64,000 nt of DNA from Planctomycetota bacterium (GCA_046290465.1 JBKAGP010000001.1:672001-736000); one strand, 5' to 3'; counted from the stretch's first letter, positions 29,862 through 40,300 are shown. Numbers and translations are program-made. Notes: generated by a model not told the origin, from the letters alone.

Positions 29862-30518
29862 ATGGGCGATCCGCGGCTGCGACTGATCTTGGTGAGCGAT
29901 GGCGTCGGCGATCCGCGCCGCATCGAAGAGGTCGTGCAGGCGGCTCTGCGCGGCGGCTGTCGCTGCGTGCAGCTGCGCGAACCGCGCTGGTCGGCGCGCG
30001 CGATGCTGCGCGCCTGCGAGGCGCTGCGGCCGATGCTCGACGCCGTCGACGGCCTGCTGCTGGTCAACGACCGCGTCGACGTGGTCGCCGCCGGCGTCGC
30101 CCACGGCGCCCAGGTCGGCCACCGCTCGCTGCCGCCGGCCACCGCGCGCGCGGTGCTCGGTCGCAACCTCGTGCTCGGCTACTCGGCGCACGACGAACAG
30201 GAACTCGACGAGGCCGCCGACGGTGGCTGCAACTTCGCGCTGCTGTCGCCGGTCTGGCGCACCACCAGCAAGCCCGACGCGGCCTTCCTCGGGGTCGCGC
30301 GCGCTGGTGCGCTGACCGAGGCGGCACGCCTGCCGGTCGTCTGGCTCGGCGGCGTCGACGTCGCCACGATGGCCGAACTCGTCGACGTGCCGGCGGGGCA
30401 GCGGCCGGTCGGGGTCGCGGTGCGCAGCGCGATCATGGCGACCGCCGATCCCGAGGCCGCGACGCGGGCGCTGCTGCAGGCACTGCCCGAACGCAGCGCG
30501 GCGCCGAGCGGCGACTGA
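29862..30518 (+). CDS. thiE: thiamine phosphate synthase (ThiE/TenI family)
   Basis: VQLRE, LLVNDRVDV, GYSAH, SPVWRTTSKP and LGGV. Confidence 0.85.
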   Translation: MGDPRLRLILVSDGVGDPRRIEEVVQAALRGGCRCVQLREPRWSARAMLRACEALRPMLDAVDGLLLVNDRVDVVAAGVAHGAQVGHRSLPPATARAVLGRNLVLGYSAHDEQELDEAADGGCNFALLSPVWRTTSKPDAAFLGVARAGALTEAARLPVVWLGGVDVATMAELVDVPAGQRPVGVAVRSAIMATADPEAATRALLQALPERSAAPSGD

Positions 30519-30559
30519 GGACTGGACCGCCGACGTTCGCGGCGTGATGCTGCTGGGGC

Positions 30560-31012
30560 ATGACCGATTCCGCAGCCGAACCACGACCGGACGACGGCAG
30601 CGCGCCGGAGGTGGACGCGCGGCCCTTGTTGCCGCAGCGGCTGGCGCGCATCGCCCGTCGCGCCACGCTGGTGCTCGGGTTGGTCGCGGTGGCCTGGTTC
30701 CTGCTCAAGTTCGAGACCCGCTGGGTTCCGCCCGGCATGAACACGATCACCGAGGTGCCCGGCGGCTCGTGGGTGATCCTCGACCGGTGGACCACCGGCC
30801 TGCGCGTTGGCAGCGACGTGTTCGTGCGCACGCCGCACGGCGAACAGGTGTCGCGCGTCAAGGCGCTCGACGCCGAGACCGTCACGATCGAGCATCCCAA
30901 CCCAGACGCGACCTGGGGTGACAGCCGCGTGTTCGGGCCGCTGCCGCGCGAGCAGATCCTCGGCACCATCGTGGTCGTGTTCGCACCCGATCGGGAGCAG
31001 CGAGGCGGCTGA
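30560..31012 (+). CDS. membrane-anchored S26 signal-peptidase-like protein, catalytic residues degenerate
   Basis: One TM segment and box-E-like GDSRVFGPLPREQILG. Confidence 0.6.
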   Translation: MTDSAAEPRPDDGSAPEVDARPLLPQRLARIARRATLVLGLVAVAWFLLKFETRWVPPGMNTITEVPGGSWVILDRWTTGLRVGSDVFVRTPHGEQVSRVKALDAETVTIEHPNPDATWGDSRVFGPLPREQILGTIVVVFAPDREQRGG

Positions 31013-31929
31013 TGGCGACCGAACGCGAACTGACCGCGCGGCTGCGCGCGCTGTTCCCGTCGCGCCGCGACGTGGCGGTGCCGCTCGGCGACGATGCCGC
31101 GGTCGTGCGCACCGGCGGCGAACGCACGGCGATGTGCTGCGATCCGGTGGTGGCGGGCGTGCACTTCGAGGCCGCCACGCCGCTGTCGTTGGTCGGCCGC
31201 AAGGCCGTCAACCGCAACCTCAGCGACCTCGCCGCGATGGGCGCCGACGCCGACTGGCTGCTGGTGTCGGTGGTGTGGCCGGCTCGCCGCAGCGCCGCCG
31301 AACTGCTGCAGCTGCTGCGCGGCGTGCGCAGTGCCGCCAGCGCCGCCGGCGCGGTCGTGGTCGGTGGCGACGTCGCCAGCACCCGTGGCCCGCTGGTGGT
31401 CACGGTCTCGGCATTCGGGCGCGTTCGCGGCCGCACGCTGACCCGTTCGGCCCTGCGGGTCGGCGACGCGCTGCACGTGACCGGTGCGCTCGGCGGTTCG
31501 ATCGCCGGCCACCACCTGCGCTTCCGGCCGGCGCTGGCCGAGGGCCGCTGGCTGGCCAGGCAGGACGGGGTGCGCGCGGCGATGGACGTCAGCGACGGCC
31601 TGGTGCTCGACCTCGCGACGATGCTCGAGGCCAGCGGCGGCCTCGGCGCCGAACTCGACGCCGCCGCGATCCCGGTCCGCGCGGCGGCGCGGCGGCTCGC
31701 CCACGGCGACCCCGACGAGGCGCTGCGCCGGGCCCTGCACGACGGCGAGGACCACGTGCTGCTGTTCGGGGTGCGCCGCGGCCACCAGCTCGGCAGCGGC
31801 GGCCCCCTGACCGCGCGGGCGCGGCGGCCGATCGGGCGCGTCGTGCGGCAGCCGGGCATCACCCTGTCGCTGCGCGGCCGCAAGGACGTGCTGCCGGCGC
31901 GCGGTTTCCAGCACCGGGTGGACGGATGA
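31012..31929 (+). CDS. thiL: thiamine-monophosphate kinase
   Basis: GDDAA, NLSDLAAMGA, GGD, MDVSDGL and GED. Confidence 0.92.
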   Translation: MATERELTARLRALFPSRRDVAVPLGDDAAVVRTGGERTAMCCDPVVAGVHFEAATPLSLVGRKAVNRNLSDLAAMGADADWLLVSVVWPARRSAAELLQLLRGVRSAASAAGAVVVGGDVASTRGPLVVTVSAFGRVRGRTLTRSALRVGDALHVTGALGGSIAGHHLRFRPALAEGRWLARQDGVRAAMDVSDGLVLDLATMLEASGGLGAELDAAAIPVRAAARRLAHGDPDEALRRALHDGEDHVLLFGVRRGHQLGSGGPLTARARRPIGRVVRQPGITLSLRGRKDVLPARGFQHRVDG

Positions 31930-32417
31930 GCGACGCCGTGGCCTTCGACCTGCCCGACGATCCGGCCGCCACCGAACGCCTCGGCGAACGGATCGGCCGC
32001 CGCCTGCAGCCGGGCCAGACCGTGGCGCTGACCGGCCAGATGGGCGCCGGCAAGACGACCTTCGTGCGCGGGCTGGCGCGCGGCCTCGACGTCGACGATC
32101 CCGACGCCGTCAGCAGCCCGACCTACCTGCTGGTGGTCGAACACGACGGCGAGGTGCCGCTGCTGCACGCCGACGCGTATCTGCCGGCCAAGCTCGACGC
32201 GTTCCTCGAGGACGGCGGCCTCGAATACCTGTTCGATCCGGCCAAGGTGGTCTGCGTCGAGTGGGCCGAGAACGTGCGCAAGCAGTTGCCGGAGAACACC
32301 TTGTGGGTGGAGCTGGGGCACCGGGCCGAGCCTGGCCGATCGGTCCGGCTGCACCCCGCCGAAACGGGGGCCTTCCCGTGGCTTACGGAATTCCGGACGA
32401 TCGTGGACCCGGACTGA
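31926..32417 (+). CDS. tsaE: tRNA threonylcarbamoyladenosine biosynthesis ATPase
   Basis: GQMGAGKTTFVRG, VSSPTY, HADAY and VEW. Confidence 0.92.
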   Translation: MSDAVAFDLPDDPAATERLGERIGRRLQPGQTVALTGQMGAGKTTFVRGLARGLDVDDPDAVSSPTYLLVVEHDGEVPLLHADAYLPAKLDAFLEDGGLEYLFDPAKVVCVEWAENVRKQLPENTLWVELGHRAEPGRSVRLHPAETGAFPWLTEFRTIVDPD

Positions 32418-32463
32418 ACCGGGCGGGGCCCGCAGCCGTTCGCCACCGCGAGCCCTTTCTCCC

Positions 32464-33114
32464 GTGAAGAACAAGACCAAGAAGCAGGCGCCAGCGGAGG
32501 TCTCCGACGACCTGCTGGCGCGGTACCAGGCAGGTGACGCCCAGGCGTTCCGCGAGCTGGTCGACAGCTACCGCGAACGCATGCTGCAGTTCTTCTTCCG
32601 GCTCTGCTGGGATCGCGACCGCGCCGAGGACCTGACCCAGGAACTGTTCATCAAGCTGATGATGGGCAGCAAGCGCTACCGCCCCGAGGGCCGCATGTCG
32701 ACGTTCGTCTACCGCGTCGCCACCAACCTCTGGATCGACCACTACCGGGCCCAGCGGCCGCGCCCGCGCTTCTTCTCGTTCGACCAGGTGGTGCACCCGG
32801 ACGACGACCAGGCGCCGCGCCAGTACGCCAACGACGATCCGTCGCCGCACGAGCAGATGCAGGACGGCGAGGAGCGCGCCGCGATGCGCCGCGGCCTCGA
32901 GCGGCTGACCGAGCCGCACCGCCTGGTGTTCGAACTGGCGGTCTACCAGGAGCGGCCCTACGGCGAGATCAGCGACCTGCTCGGCATTCCGGTCGGCACC
33001 GTCAAGTCGCGCATGCACAACGCCGTCAACGCGCTGAAGGAGATGATGGCGTCGCACCGCGAGGAGCAGGAAGGCCGCGACGACGACGCACGGCGGGTGG
33101 GGGGTGCGGGATGA
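32464..33114 (+). CDS. ECF RNA polymerase sigma factor
   Basis: Region 2 AEDLTQELF...YRVATNLWID and region 4 GIPVGTVKSRMH. Confidence 0.93.
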   Translation: MKNKTKKQAPAEVSDDLLARYQAGDAQAFRELVDSYRERMLQFFFRLCWDRDRAEDLTQELFIKLMMGSKRYRPEGRMSTFVYRVATNLWIDHYRAQRPRPRFFSFDQVVHPDDDQAPRQYANDDPSPHEQMQDGEERAAMRRGLERLTEPHRLVFELAVYQERPYGEISDLLGIPVGTVKSRMHNAVNALKEMMASHREEQEGRDDDARRVGGAG

Positions 33115-34625
33115 GCGACGAACCGTGGAACCCGATCGACCTGCTGCTCGAGCAGGGCAGCCGCGAGGAGCTGGACCGGATGCGCCAGCAGGTCGCCAAG
33201 GATCCGATGCGCGCGCTCGACCTCGCCGACACGGTGCAGTTCGTCGAGCAGTTCCGGCACCTGCGCACCGACGCGGGCCCGAAGATGGCCGGCAAGATGC
33301 AGGACGTGGTGCTGCAGGCGGACCGGTTCTGCCGCGCGCACCATCAGCCCAAGGGGCCGACCTGGCACCTGCCGCTGCTGTTCGGCGTCGCCGCGGCGGC
33401 GACGTTCTGGGCGCTCTGCTGGTTCGACGCGGCGTCGCTGTGGCGCGGCGAACCCGAGCGCAACTACGCCGACCTGGCCGAGGTGCCGCTGCCGCAGGCC
33501 GAGCGCGAACGCGGCGACGACCCGCGGATCGAGCCGGTCGTCGTCGAGGACGCCGACCACCTGTGGCGTGAGTCGGTGCGCGCGATCCAGCAGCGCCTGG
33601 CGATCGAGGAGAGCGAGCACCTGCGTTCGGCGTTCGAGCGCGGCCTGCGCGGCGAACGCGACGAGCTCGGTGGCTGGCTCGACCCGGCCAACGCGCTGAC
33701 GATGATGCGCCTGGGCCACGAGCTGCGCGCCAGCGCCGACCTGCGGGCCGCTGCGCTGCGCGAGCAGGGCGCGCTCGAGGAGGTCGACGGCCGCGTGCAG
33801 GAGCTGGCCGAGGAGCTCGCCGACGAGCTGATGCAGCGGCCGCTGGGCAGCGGCGAGCAGGCGCTCGCCGCCGACCTGGTCGACGTCGCCTGGGGCATGC
33901 GCGCACTGATCGGCGCGGGCTCGACCACCGTGCGCGTGCACGCCCTGCGCCGCTGTGGCGACTGGCTCGCCGAGACCCTGCCGGAGGTCCACGACGAACG
34001 GCTGGTGGTGGCGCTGTCGGGCCTGGTCGAGCTGGCCGCGATCAGTGGCCAGCACTTCGAGGAGGTCGCCGCGCACGGTCGACGCCTGATCGACGAGGTG
34101 CTCGAGGCCGACGAGGAGAACTGGCAGCGGCGCCGCCCGGCCCTGCTGTCGGGCAGCGTGCCGGCGCTGGTGCTGGGCGAGGCGGGCCGCGTGCTCGCGC
34201 ACCTGCCCGCGTTCGGGGTCGACGCGCAGCGCTGCACGCTGGTGCGGGAGCTGGTGCTCGGCCGCCTGCGCGAGCACCGCGCGCTCGGCCAGGATCGCCC
34301 CGAGGTGCTCGCCGCGATGGTCTACGGCTTCAGCGACCTGCTCGACGCCGGCCGCAACGAGCGCGATCGCCTCAACTGGACGCTGCAGCGCTGGAAGCCG
34401 GCGCGGCTGGCGCCCGACTACGCGACCGTGCAGCAGATCGCCTGGAGCCTGTCGCCCGGCACGCGCGGCCACACCCGCATGCAGCGCGAGCTGCGTCAGC
34501 TGGCGGTGCTGCCGGCTCCCGAACGGCTGCGCGATCGTGCGGCGTTCTGCCTGTGTCTGGCGACCAACTACGCCGGCTTCGTCGGCGGACTGATGCCCAA
34601 GGGGCGTCCCGTTCGCGGCAGCTGA
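33111..34625 (+). CDS. putative transmembrane anti-sigma factor
   Basis: ATGA-coupled to the ECF sigma gene. Short N-terminal domain, one TM (LPLLFGVAAAATFWALCW), large helical C-terminal domain. Confidence 0.6.
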   Translation: MSDEPWNPIDLLLEQGSREELDRMRQQVAKDPMRALDLADTVQFVEQFRHLRTDAGPKMAGKMQDVVLQADRFCRAHHQPKGPTWHLPLLFGVAAAATFWALCWFDAASLWRGEPERNYADLAEVPLPQAERERGDDPRIEPVVVEDADHLWRESVRAIQQRLAIEESEHLRSAFERGLRGERDELGGWLDPANALTMMRLGHELRASADLRAAALREQGALEEVDGRVQELAEELADELMQRPLGSGEQALAADLVDVAWGMRALIGAGSTTVRVHALRRCGDWLAETLPEVHDERLVVALSGLVELAAISGQHFEEVAAHGRRLIDEVLEADEENWQRRRPALLSGSVPALVLGEAGRVLAHLPAFGVDAQRCTLVRELVLGRLREHRALGQDRPEVLAAMVYGFSDLLDAGRNERDRLNWTLQRWKPARLAPDYATVQQIAWSLSPGTRGHTRMQRELRQLAVLPAPERLRDRAAFCLCLATNYAGFVGGLMPKGRPVRGS

Positions 34626-34676
34626 TCAGTTTTCGCTGGGTACCACCCTCAGGCTGCGGTTTAAACGTTCGTGCCT

Positions 34677-36347
34677 ATGTTGCAGCGGACGATGGTGCCT
34701 CGACTCGCCCTGACACTGCTCACGGCCGCCGCGCTCGGTGGCCTGACCCGCGCGCAGGAGCAGCAGCCGACGCCACGTGGTGGGGGCCAGCGGGGGGCCC
34801 AGCAGGAGTCCCAGCAGGACCGCAAGGCCGCTGCGCAGGGCGGCCAGCAGGCAGACAAGCAGGCAGGTAAGCAGGCAGGCAAGGTGCCGGTCGACCGCGA
34901 CGCCGAACAGCGCGGCGCGCCGATCAAGGAGATGACGCTCGAGGAGGCCCTGCTGCGCGGCCGCAACTCGAACGTCGGCATCAAGACGGCCGAGCTGCTG
35001 CCCGAGCAGGCGCGGCTCGACGTGATCTTTGCCGAGGCCGGCTTCCAGCCCGAGTTCTACGGTGGCGGCGGCTACTCGTCGTCGGAGAGCCCGCAGCGCA
35101 ACGCGTTCCAGCCGTCGGTCAAGTCCGAGACCATCGACGCCCAGATCGGTTGGCGCCAGCGCGTCATCACCGGCGGCCTGTTCGACCTGGCGTTCCAGCC
35201 GTCGCGCTTCGAGAGTGACGGCGGCGGCGGCTTCTTCCCGAGCCGCCAGTTCACCGCCAACTGGCAGGCGTCGTTCCGCCAGCCGCTGCTGCGCGGCGCG
35301 TGGAGCGACTTCAACCTCGCCGGGGTCACGTCGGCGCGCTACCGCCTGACGCAGGCGCACCACGACTTCGACCGCACGGTCCAGGACACGCTGCTGCAGA
35401 TCGTGCAGGCCTACTGGGAGCTGGTGTTCGCCCGCGAGAACTGGCGCGTGGTCGACAGCGCGCTCGGGGTCGCCGAGGAGCAGCTGCGCATCACCCTCGA
35501 ACGGATCCGCGTCGAGGAGCTGGCGCCGCGCGACCGCGTCGCCGACGAAGCCGAGGTCGCCCGCCGCCGCGAGGAGCTGATCACCGCCGAGAACACCATC
35601 CGGGATCGCGAGGACGACCTGCGCCGGCTGCTGTACGACGGCAGCGAGTCGCGCATCTGGCGCTACAACCTGCGACCGATCTCGCCGATCGCGGTCGAGC
35701 CCGGCGCGTCGTTCCCGGCGTTCGAGGACCTGGTCGAGATCGCGATGCAGAACCGGCCGGACCTGCGCGCGCTGCGCAGTTCGGTCGCCGCCGCCGAGGT
35801 CGCCGCGATGGAGGCCGAGCGCGACATCCTGCCGCAGCTCGACCTGGTCAGCAGCTACTCGTCGGACGGCGTCTCGTCGGACGACCCGGTGGGCGGCCAG
35901 AGCGGTGGCTTCCGGCGCGCGTTCCAGGATGCGACCGACCAGGAGTTCCCGGACTGGTCGGTGCGGCTCGAGTTCGCCATCCCGATCGGCAACCACGCGG
36001 CCCGTTCGAGGGCGCGTCGAGCCCAGCTCGAGGTCGAACGGCAGCGTCGCCAGCTGCACGGCGCGACGCTCGACGTGCAGAAGGAAGTGCGCGAGGCGCT
36101 GCGCCGCCTGCGCACGCTCGGCCAGAGCATCCGCGCGACCCAGGAGTCGGTGCGGCTGGCAGAGACCAACCTCGAGACCGAACAGGTCAAGCAGCGCGTC
36201 GGCGCCTCGACCGCGTTCGAGGTGCAGCGCCGGAACCAGGAGTTGCGCGAGGCCCGCAGCCGTCTTCTGCGGAACCAGCTCGACTACCGCACCGCCGAGA
36301 GCCGATTGCTCTATGTGCAGGGCCTGCTGCAAGCCGAGCCGCGCTGA
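34677..36347 (+). CDS. TolC family outer membrane protein
   Basis: Signal peptide, MTLEEAL, QPLLRGA, AYWEL, NRPDL, LPQLDL and IPIGN. Start uncertain (34671-34692). Confidence 0.88.
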   Translation: MLQRTMVPRLALTLLTAAALGGLTRAQEQQPTPRGGGQRGAQQESQQDRKAAAQGGQQADKQAGKQAGKVPVDRDAEQRGAPIKEMTLEEALLRGRNSNVGIKTAELLPEQARLDVIFAEAGFQPEFYGGGGYSSSESPQRNAFQPSVKSETIDAQIGWRQRVITGGLFDLAFQPSRFESDGGGGFFPSRQFTANWQASFRQPLLRGAWSDFNLAGVTSARYRLTQAHHDFDRTVQDTLLQIVQAYWELVFARENWRVVDSALGVAEEQLRITLERIRVEELAPRDRVADEAEVARRREELITAENTIRDREDDLRRLLYDGSESRIWRYNLRPISPIAVEPGASFPAFEDLVEIAMQNRPDLRALRSSVAAAEVAAMEAERDILPQLDLVSSYSSDGVSSDDPVGGQSGGFRRAFQDATDQEFPDWSVRLEFAIPIGNHAARSRARRAQLEVERQRRQLHGATLDVQKEVREALRRLRTLGQSIRATQESVRLAETNLETEQVKQRVGASTAFEVQRRNQELREARSRLLRNQLDYRTAESRLLYVQGLLQAEPR

Positions 36348-36403
36348 GCGTTTGCGCACGGCGGCGAGGCGGTGACGCGGCGGCCCGCCGTGACTACAAC
36401 CCG

Positions 36404-38125
36404 ATGATGCCGACTTCCACGCTCCGTTCGTCCTTCCTGCTGCATGCCGTGACGCCGCTGCTGGCGGCCTGTTGGGCATCGCTGGCGGCGCCGCTGGCAG
36501 CACAGGAGCGGGCGGCGGCGCAGGATCCGCAGGCCAACCCGTACAAGCTCGAGCCGTTCGAGCCCGGCTTCCCGGTCAAGCTCGACTACCCGCGCATGGT
36601 CGGCCTCGAGTACTCGCGGACCCGCCGCCAGGCGCTGCAGCGGCTCGCCAGCAACCTGCAGGGCAACACCAGCCGCGAGACCTGGCAGCTGGCGACCGAG
36701 TTCTTCTGGCGGGCGCCCGAGGACGCGGGCGACCCGCTGATCGAGGCGATGGACCGCGCGATGAGCAACCCGGCGCTCGGCGACGTGGTGCGCAACTGCG
36801 TCGAGGCGATGGGCAAGGCCCGCAACGACGAGTTCGACGCGGCGCTGCGCCGCGCGGTGCAGCACAAGAGCGACGGCGTGCGCCAGGCCGCCTACGTGGC
36901 GCTGGCGTCGTCGGGATCGCAGCAGACGCTGCGCCGGCTCGCCGGCGACTTCACGATCATGACCGGCCGCGGCCGCGAAGCCTGGCTGCGCGGCGTGCGG
37001 CTGCGGCTGCCCGAGCAGCGCGTGCAGCTGCTGCGGCAGATGATGGTCGCGGACTTCCCGACGCGCGTGCGCGACCAGGTGCTCAAGGAGGCCGCGCAGC
37101 TGCCGGTCAAGGAAGCGGCTGAAGTGCTGCGGCCGCGCTGGGGCACGGCGGTCGACCAGTTCAAGGCGATCGTCGCCGGCGTGCTGCACGCCAACGGCGA
37201 AGCCGCCGGCACCGCCTACCTGCGCGACGCGATGCTCAGCGAGAACCTCGATGAGGTCACCTGGGCGGTGCGGCACTGCGCGTTCGGTCCCGATCCCGAC
37301 GCCGCGATCGGCGACCTGCGCGAAGTGCTGCTGCGGCTGTCGACGCACCTGCGCCCGGAGATCCGGCTCGAGGTCGCCAAGCAGCTGACCCGCATCGACG
37401 GCGACGACGTCGCCGACGTCTTCGAGGTGATGACGGCGCCGGACGAGATCTGGGAGATCCGCGCGCTGGCGACGCGCGAGCTGACCCGGCGCGGCCGCGG
37501 CCAGCTGGTGTCGGTGCTGCTCGAGGAGCTGCCGACGGCCACCGGGACCCGCCTGCAGGCGATCATCAACCAGCTGTCCGCCAGCGGGGACCCGCGCGCC
37601 GTGCCGGTGCTGGTCGAACGCTTCGAGAAGGCTCCCGAGGGCCAGGGCCGCCCGTTCGTGCAGGCGATCGCGCAGAACGGCAGCGACGCCGCCGCAGAGG
37701 CGCTGTTCGACCTGTTCGCGGGCCCGGAGAAGCTGGTGACGCGCAGCGACGACAACCCGCTGACGACGCGCAGCTACCTGCCGACGCTGTTCCTGAACCT
37801 TCGCGGCAGCGAGCACGTGATCGTCGACCGGTTCCTGAAGCTGCCGAAGGAGCAGTGGGAGCTGCGCGCGCGGGTCATGGGCACGATCACCGGCTACGCC
37901 GCCGACCGCCGGCAGGATCAGGAGCTGGTCGAGAAATGCGTCGAGCCGGTGCGCAAGGTCCTGTTCGACCAGAGCGAGCTGCCGCAGCTGCGGGTGCTGG
38001 CGCTCAACCTGCTGACGCGCAACTGGCTGACGATCGACGACGCGATGCGGCTGAAGCGGATGATCCGCAAGGAGCAGCCGGGCCTGCGCGGGCTGTTCGC
38101 GGACTTCCTCAACAATGCGTTTTGA
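36404..38125 (+). CDS. secreted HEAT-repeat protein
   Basis: Signal peptide, repeated VR..A..AL and DPRAVPVL helical motifs. Confidence 0.72.
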   Translation: MMPTSTLRSSFLLHAVTPLLAACWASLAAPLAAQERAAAQDPQANPYKLEPFEPGFPVKLDYPRMVGLEYSRTRRQALQRLASNLQGNTSRETWQLATEFFWRAPEDAGDPLIEAMDRAMSNPALGDVVRNCVEAMGKARNDEFDAALRRAVQHKSDGVRQAAYVALASSGSQQTLRRLAGDFTIMTGRGREAWLRGVRLRLPEQRVQLLRQMMVADFPTRVRDQVLKEAAQLPVKEAAEVLRPRWGTAVDQFKAIVAGVLHANGEAAGTAYLRDAMLSENLDEVTWAVRHCAFGPDPDAAIGDLREVLLRLSTHLRPEIRLEVAKQLTRIDGDDVADVFEVMTAPDEIWEIRALATRELTRRGRGQLVSVLLEELPTATGTRLQAIINQLSASGDPRAVPVLVERFEKAPEGQGRPFVQAIAQNGSDAAAEALFDLFAGPEKLVTRSDDNPLTTRSYLPTLFLNLRGSEHVIVDRFLKLPKEQWELRARVMGTITGYAADRRQDQELVEKCVEPVRKVLFDQSELPQLRVLALNLLTRNWLTIDDAMRLKRMIRKEQPGLRGLFADFLNNAF

Positions 38126-38214
38126 TCGGGGCGTTTTGATCGGGGCGTTTTGATCGGGGCGTTCTAATCGGGGCGTCTTGATCGGGGCGTTTGGATCGGG
38201 GCGTTCTGATCAGG
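38117..38214. repeat. 14-bp tandem repeat x7 (GCGTTTTGATCGGG)
   Basis: Three exact units followed by four degenerate ones. The first unit contains the TGA of the upstream gene. Confidence 0.95.
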
Positions 38215-38244
38215 GACGGCCTGCCGGGCGCTCCGCCGGCGCGT

Positions 38245-38868
38245 TCAGAAGACGAGCCAGCGCTCGCTGTCCTGCCCGGGATAGTGCGACGAACGGCGGC
38301 TGCCGAGGCCCGGACGGCGGTGTGGGGCGCCGGGCTTCGGTCGCTTTTCGCCGAAGCCGGAGTACTTCGCCCGCAGGTTACGGGTGTAGGCGCGCGCGGC
38401 GTTCTCGGGATAGAAGAACGCGCAGTGGCCCGGGCCGATCGCGCTGCGCGGCCACGCGATCACCTCGACGGCCGCCATCGTGTGGCGCCCCGGCTGCTGG
38501 GTGACGTCGGGCGGCGACTCCGCTAGCTGGAACGCGTAGTGCTTGTTGGTCAGGCACAGCAGCGTGCCTTCGGGCGGCGGCTCGACCCGTTCGAGGTCCT
38601 TGGTGTGCTCGCCGCGGCTGTCGGCGAGCGCCAGGAAGCGCGCCTGGATCGACAGCAGGTCGGCCTCGTCGAGCGGCAGGTCGAAGCCGCTGCTGGCGTC
38701 GAGCAGCGCTTCGGCGAGGCCGTTGGCGCGGCGTTCGATGCGGGCCGTGCGCGACGCGCTCAGCCACGGGATCCACAGGCTGAACGCGAGCAGCAACAGA
38801 CCGATGGTCGTGTACCACCCGGCCGGGTTCGCCCACCGTGACCGCCGCCATTCCGTCGTCGTCGCCAT
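38245..38868 (-). CDS. hypothetical membrane-anchored protein
   Basis: 207 aa with N-terminal TM (IGLLLLAFSLWIPWL). GAGG upstream of the ATG. Confidence 0.7.
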   Translation of the reverse strand: MATTTEWRRSRWANPAGWYTTIGLLLLAFSLWIPWLSASRTARIERRANGLAEALLDASSGFDLPLDEADLLSIQARFLALADSRGEHTKDLERVEPPPEGTLLCLTNKHYAFQLAESPPDVTQQPGRHTMAAVEVIAWPRSAIGPGHCAFFYPENAARAYTRNLRAKYSGFGEKRPKPGAPHRRPGLGSRRSSHYPGQDSERWLVF

Positions 38869-38899
38869 GCCGCCTCGGCCGGTAGTATCCTCGTTTCCG

Positions 38900-40258
38900 A
38901 TGCAGGTGACCAGGATCGAACTGCCGCCACCGCCGCCGCCGGTCGCCGAATGCCTGCGGCGCCTCGCTGCGGCCAACGGACGTGGCTGGATCGTCGGTGG
39001 AGCGGTGCGCGACCTGCTGCAGGGCAGGCCGCCGCGCGACTTCGACCTCGCCACCGACCTGCTGCCGGAAGCCGTCGCCGCGGCGATGCCGGACGCCGAC
39101 CTGCGCGAGGCGCGCTTCGGCACCTGCCGGACGACGATCGATGGTGCCGAGTGCACGATCACGACGCTGCGCGCCGAGGCGGGCTACGCCGACCAGCGAC
39201 ATCCGGATGAGGTCGCGTTCGTGACCGAACCCGACCGCGACGCCGCGCGCCGCGACTTCACCGTCAACGCGCTCTACTACGATCCGCTCACGGGCCAGCT
39301 GTACGACCCGTGCGGTGGTCGCGCCGACCTCGACGCCGGCCTGCTGCGCTGCATCGGGGACCCGGTCACGCGGTTGCAGGAGGACCCGCTGCGGCTGCTG
39401 CGGCTGGTGCGGTTCGCGGCCAGCGCCGAGCTCGAGCTCGACCCGGCGACGCGCGCGGCGGCGATCGCGACCGCTGCGGGTGTCGCGTCGCTGTCGGCCG
39501 AGCGCAGCTACGCGGAGCTGACCGACATGTTCACCGGGGCGGGGCGCGGTCGCGCGCTGCGGCTGCTGGTCGAGCTGGGCCTCGCCGCGCACGTGCTGCC
39601 CGAATGCGCCGCGATGGACGGCGTCGAGCAGCCGCCGGAATACCACCCGGAGGGGGACGTGCTGACCCATGTCTGCCTGGTGCTGGACCAGTGCCCCGAG
39701 GGCGACGAGGTGCTCGCCTGGAGCGCGGTGCTGCACGACGTCGGCAAGCCGCCGACGTTCCGGGTCGCCGAGGACCGCATCCGCTTCGATGGCCACGACA
39801 CGCTGTCGGCGCGCATGGCCGACGACGTGCTGCGCCGCCTGCGCGCCCCGAAATCGGTGCGCGAGGCGGTCGTCGACGTGTGCCTGCACCACATCCGGTT
39901 CGCGTCGCTGCCGCAGATGCGGCCGGCGCGCGCCGAACGGTGGATGCGCGAGCCGGGGTTCGTGCAGCACCTGCAGTTCCACCGCGCGGATTGCCTCGGC
40001 AGCCATGGCAAGCTCGACATCCACGACTTCGCCAAGCAACGGCTGGCGGCGTTGCCGCCGCTGCGCGAGCCGCTGCTGCAGGGGCGCGACGCGCTGGCGC
40101 TCGGGATCCCGCGCGGCCCGCAGGTCGGCGCGCTGCTGCGGCAGGTGCAGGCCGAGATCGACGAACGTCCCACGCCAACGACGCGAGAGCAGGCGCTGGT
40201 CCTGCTTCGGGACGCGGCCAGGCGCCTGCTTCAAGGCGACGACGACGGCGCTCGATAG
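38900..40258 (+). CDS. cca: CCA tRNA nucleotidyltransferase (with HD domain)
   Basis: VGGAVRDLL...DFDLAT, RRDFTVNAL, EDPLRLLR, HPEGDV and LHDVGK. Confidence 0.92.
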   Translation: MQVTRIELPPPPPPVAECLRRLAAANGRGWIVGGAVRDLLQGRPPRDFDLATDLLPEAVAAAMPDADLREARFGTCRTTIDGAECTITTLRAEAGYADQRHPDEVAFVTEPDRDAARRDFTVNALYYDPLTGQLYDPCGGRADLDAGLLRCIGDPVTRLQEDPLRLLRLVRFAASAELELDPATRAAAIATAAGVASLSAERSYAELTDMFTGAGRGRALRLLVELGLAAHVLPECAAMDGVEQPPEYHPEGDVLTHVCLVLDQCPEGDEVLAWSAVLHDVGKPPTFRVAEDRIRFDGHDTLSARMADDVLRRLRAPKSVREAVVDVCLHHIRFASLPQMRPARAERWMREPGFVQHLQFHRADCLGSHGKLDIHDFAKQRLAALPPLREPLLQGRDALALGIPRGPQVGALLRQVQAEIDERPTPTTREQALVLLRDAARRLLQGDDDGAR

Positions 40259-40300
40259 TTCCTGCCACGCGGGGCCATCGAGCCCTGCGGGAGGAGACCG

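Noticed and set aside
38117..38214. Possible CRISPR array
   Set aside because: The units are contiguous 14-mers with no spacers, and there are no cas genes.
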